From contig NC_086107.1 in NCBI RefSeq assembly GCF_963921235.1, positions 98,768,001-98,832,000 on the forward strand: 64,000 nucleotides of DNA, read 5' to 3'. Origin of the DNA: Mobula hypostoma (lineage: Eukaryota). Shown here one piece after another: positions 63,636 to 64,000 of this stretch. Positions within the stretch are counted from its first letter, which is position 1; every line of letters begins with the position of its first letter. A model generated the notes under the pieces. That model had not been told where the DNA came from, did no database searches, and saw nothing but the letters and a program-made list of their open reading frames with translations. The position numbers were made by a program, and so were the translations under genes.

Positions 63636-64000
63636 TAATCAATCATCAGTCCATGTTAACACATCGCCCCTAATACTATGTGCTCTCTTGCTTGTCCTAG
63701 TAATGCATATTCACATGATGCAAGAGTTGTTCTACTTTAACCAAATATTTAAACACCAAACTTGCAACACTTCCACCCACTCGCAATCTCTAAACCATAT
63801 CCAGCTCATTCAAAGATCTGGTGTGAATCGTGAGAGAGAACGGGTCTTGGAATTAACGAGACCTGGAAAACGTCCAGCTCCCTGGATTTACCTCTGAATA
63901 TTGTGTGTGTTTCAGACAGGATTTAAACAAATTGAAATATTGAGGATTATGCTGTGCATATTACTGGGGATTAAGGCGATTTTCCCTTATTGTGTGTAAA

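Overview
This is vertebrate nuclear DNA. The repeat landscape (CR1, Rex1-type and RTE LINEs, Penelope-like pLTRs, tRNA-derived SINEs) suggests a cartilaginous fish, probably a ray; that taxonomy is inferred. Two spliced genes lie in tandem on the + strand. (1) The 3' ten coding exons of MICALL1 (10786-35438, about 540 C-terminal codons): proline-rich region, two NPF motifs and the bMERB/coiled-coil C-terminus. (2) A complete six-exon C22orf23/EVG1 (UPF0193) gene (46960-61414, 222 aa) starting in a CpG island that has an RFX X-box. All exons have GT-AG boundaries and compatible phases. Most other sequence is transposon-derived. Notable points: Penelope-type minimal hammerhead ribozyme motifs, including one in an inverted-repeat element in the probable MICALL1 3' UTR; a very young 5'-truncated CR1 with a 474-codon uninterrupted ORF; a Chapaev3-like DNA transposon with intact TIRs and TAA TSDs; a 7-aa coding tandem repeat in MICALL1; and a stop-free 90-bp in-frame intron. 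There are no prokaryotic features or CRISPR arrays. Family assignments come from recalled motifs, not database searches.
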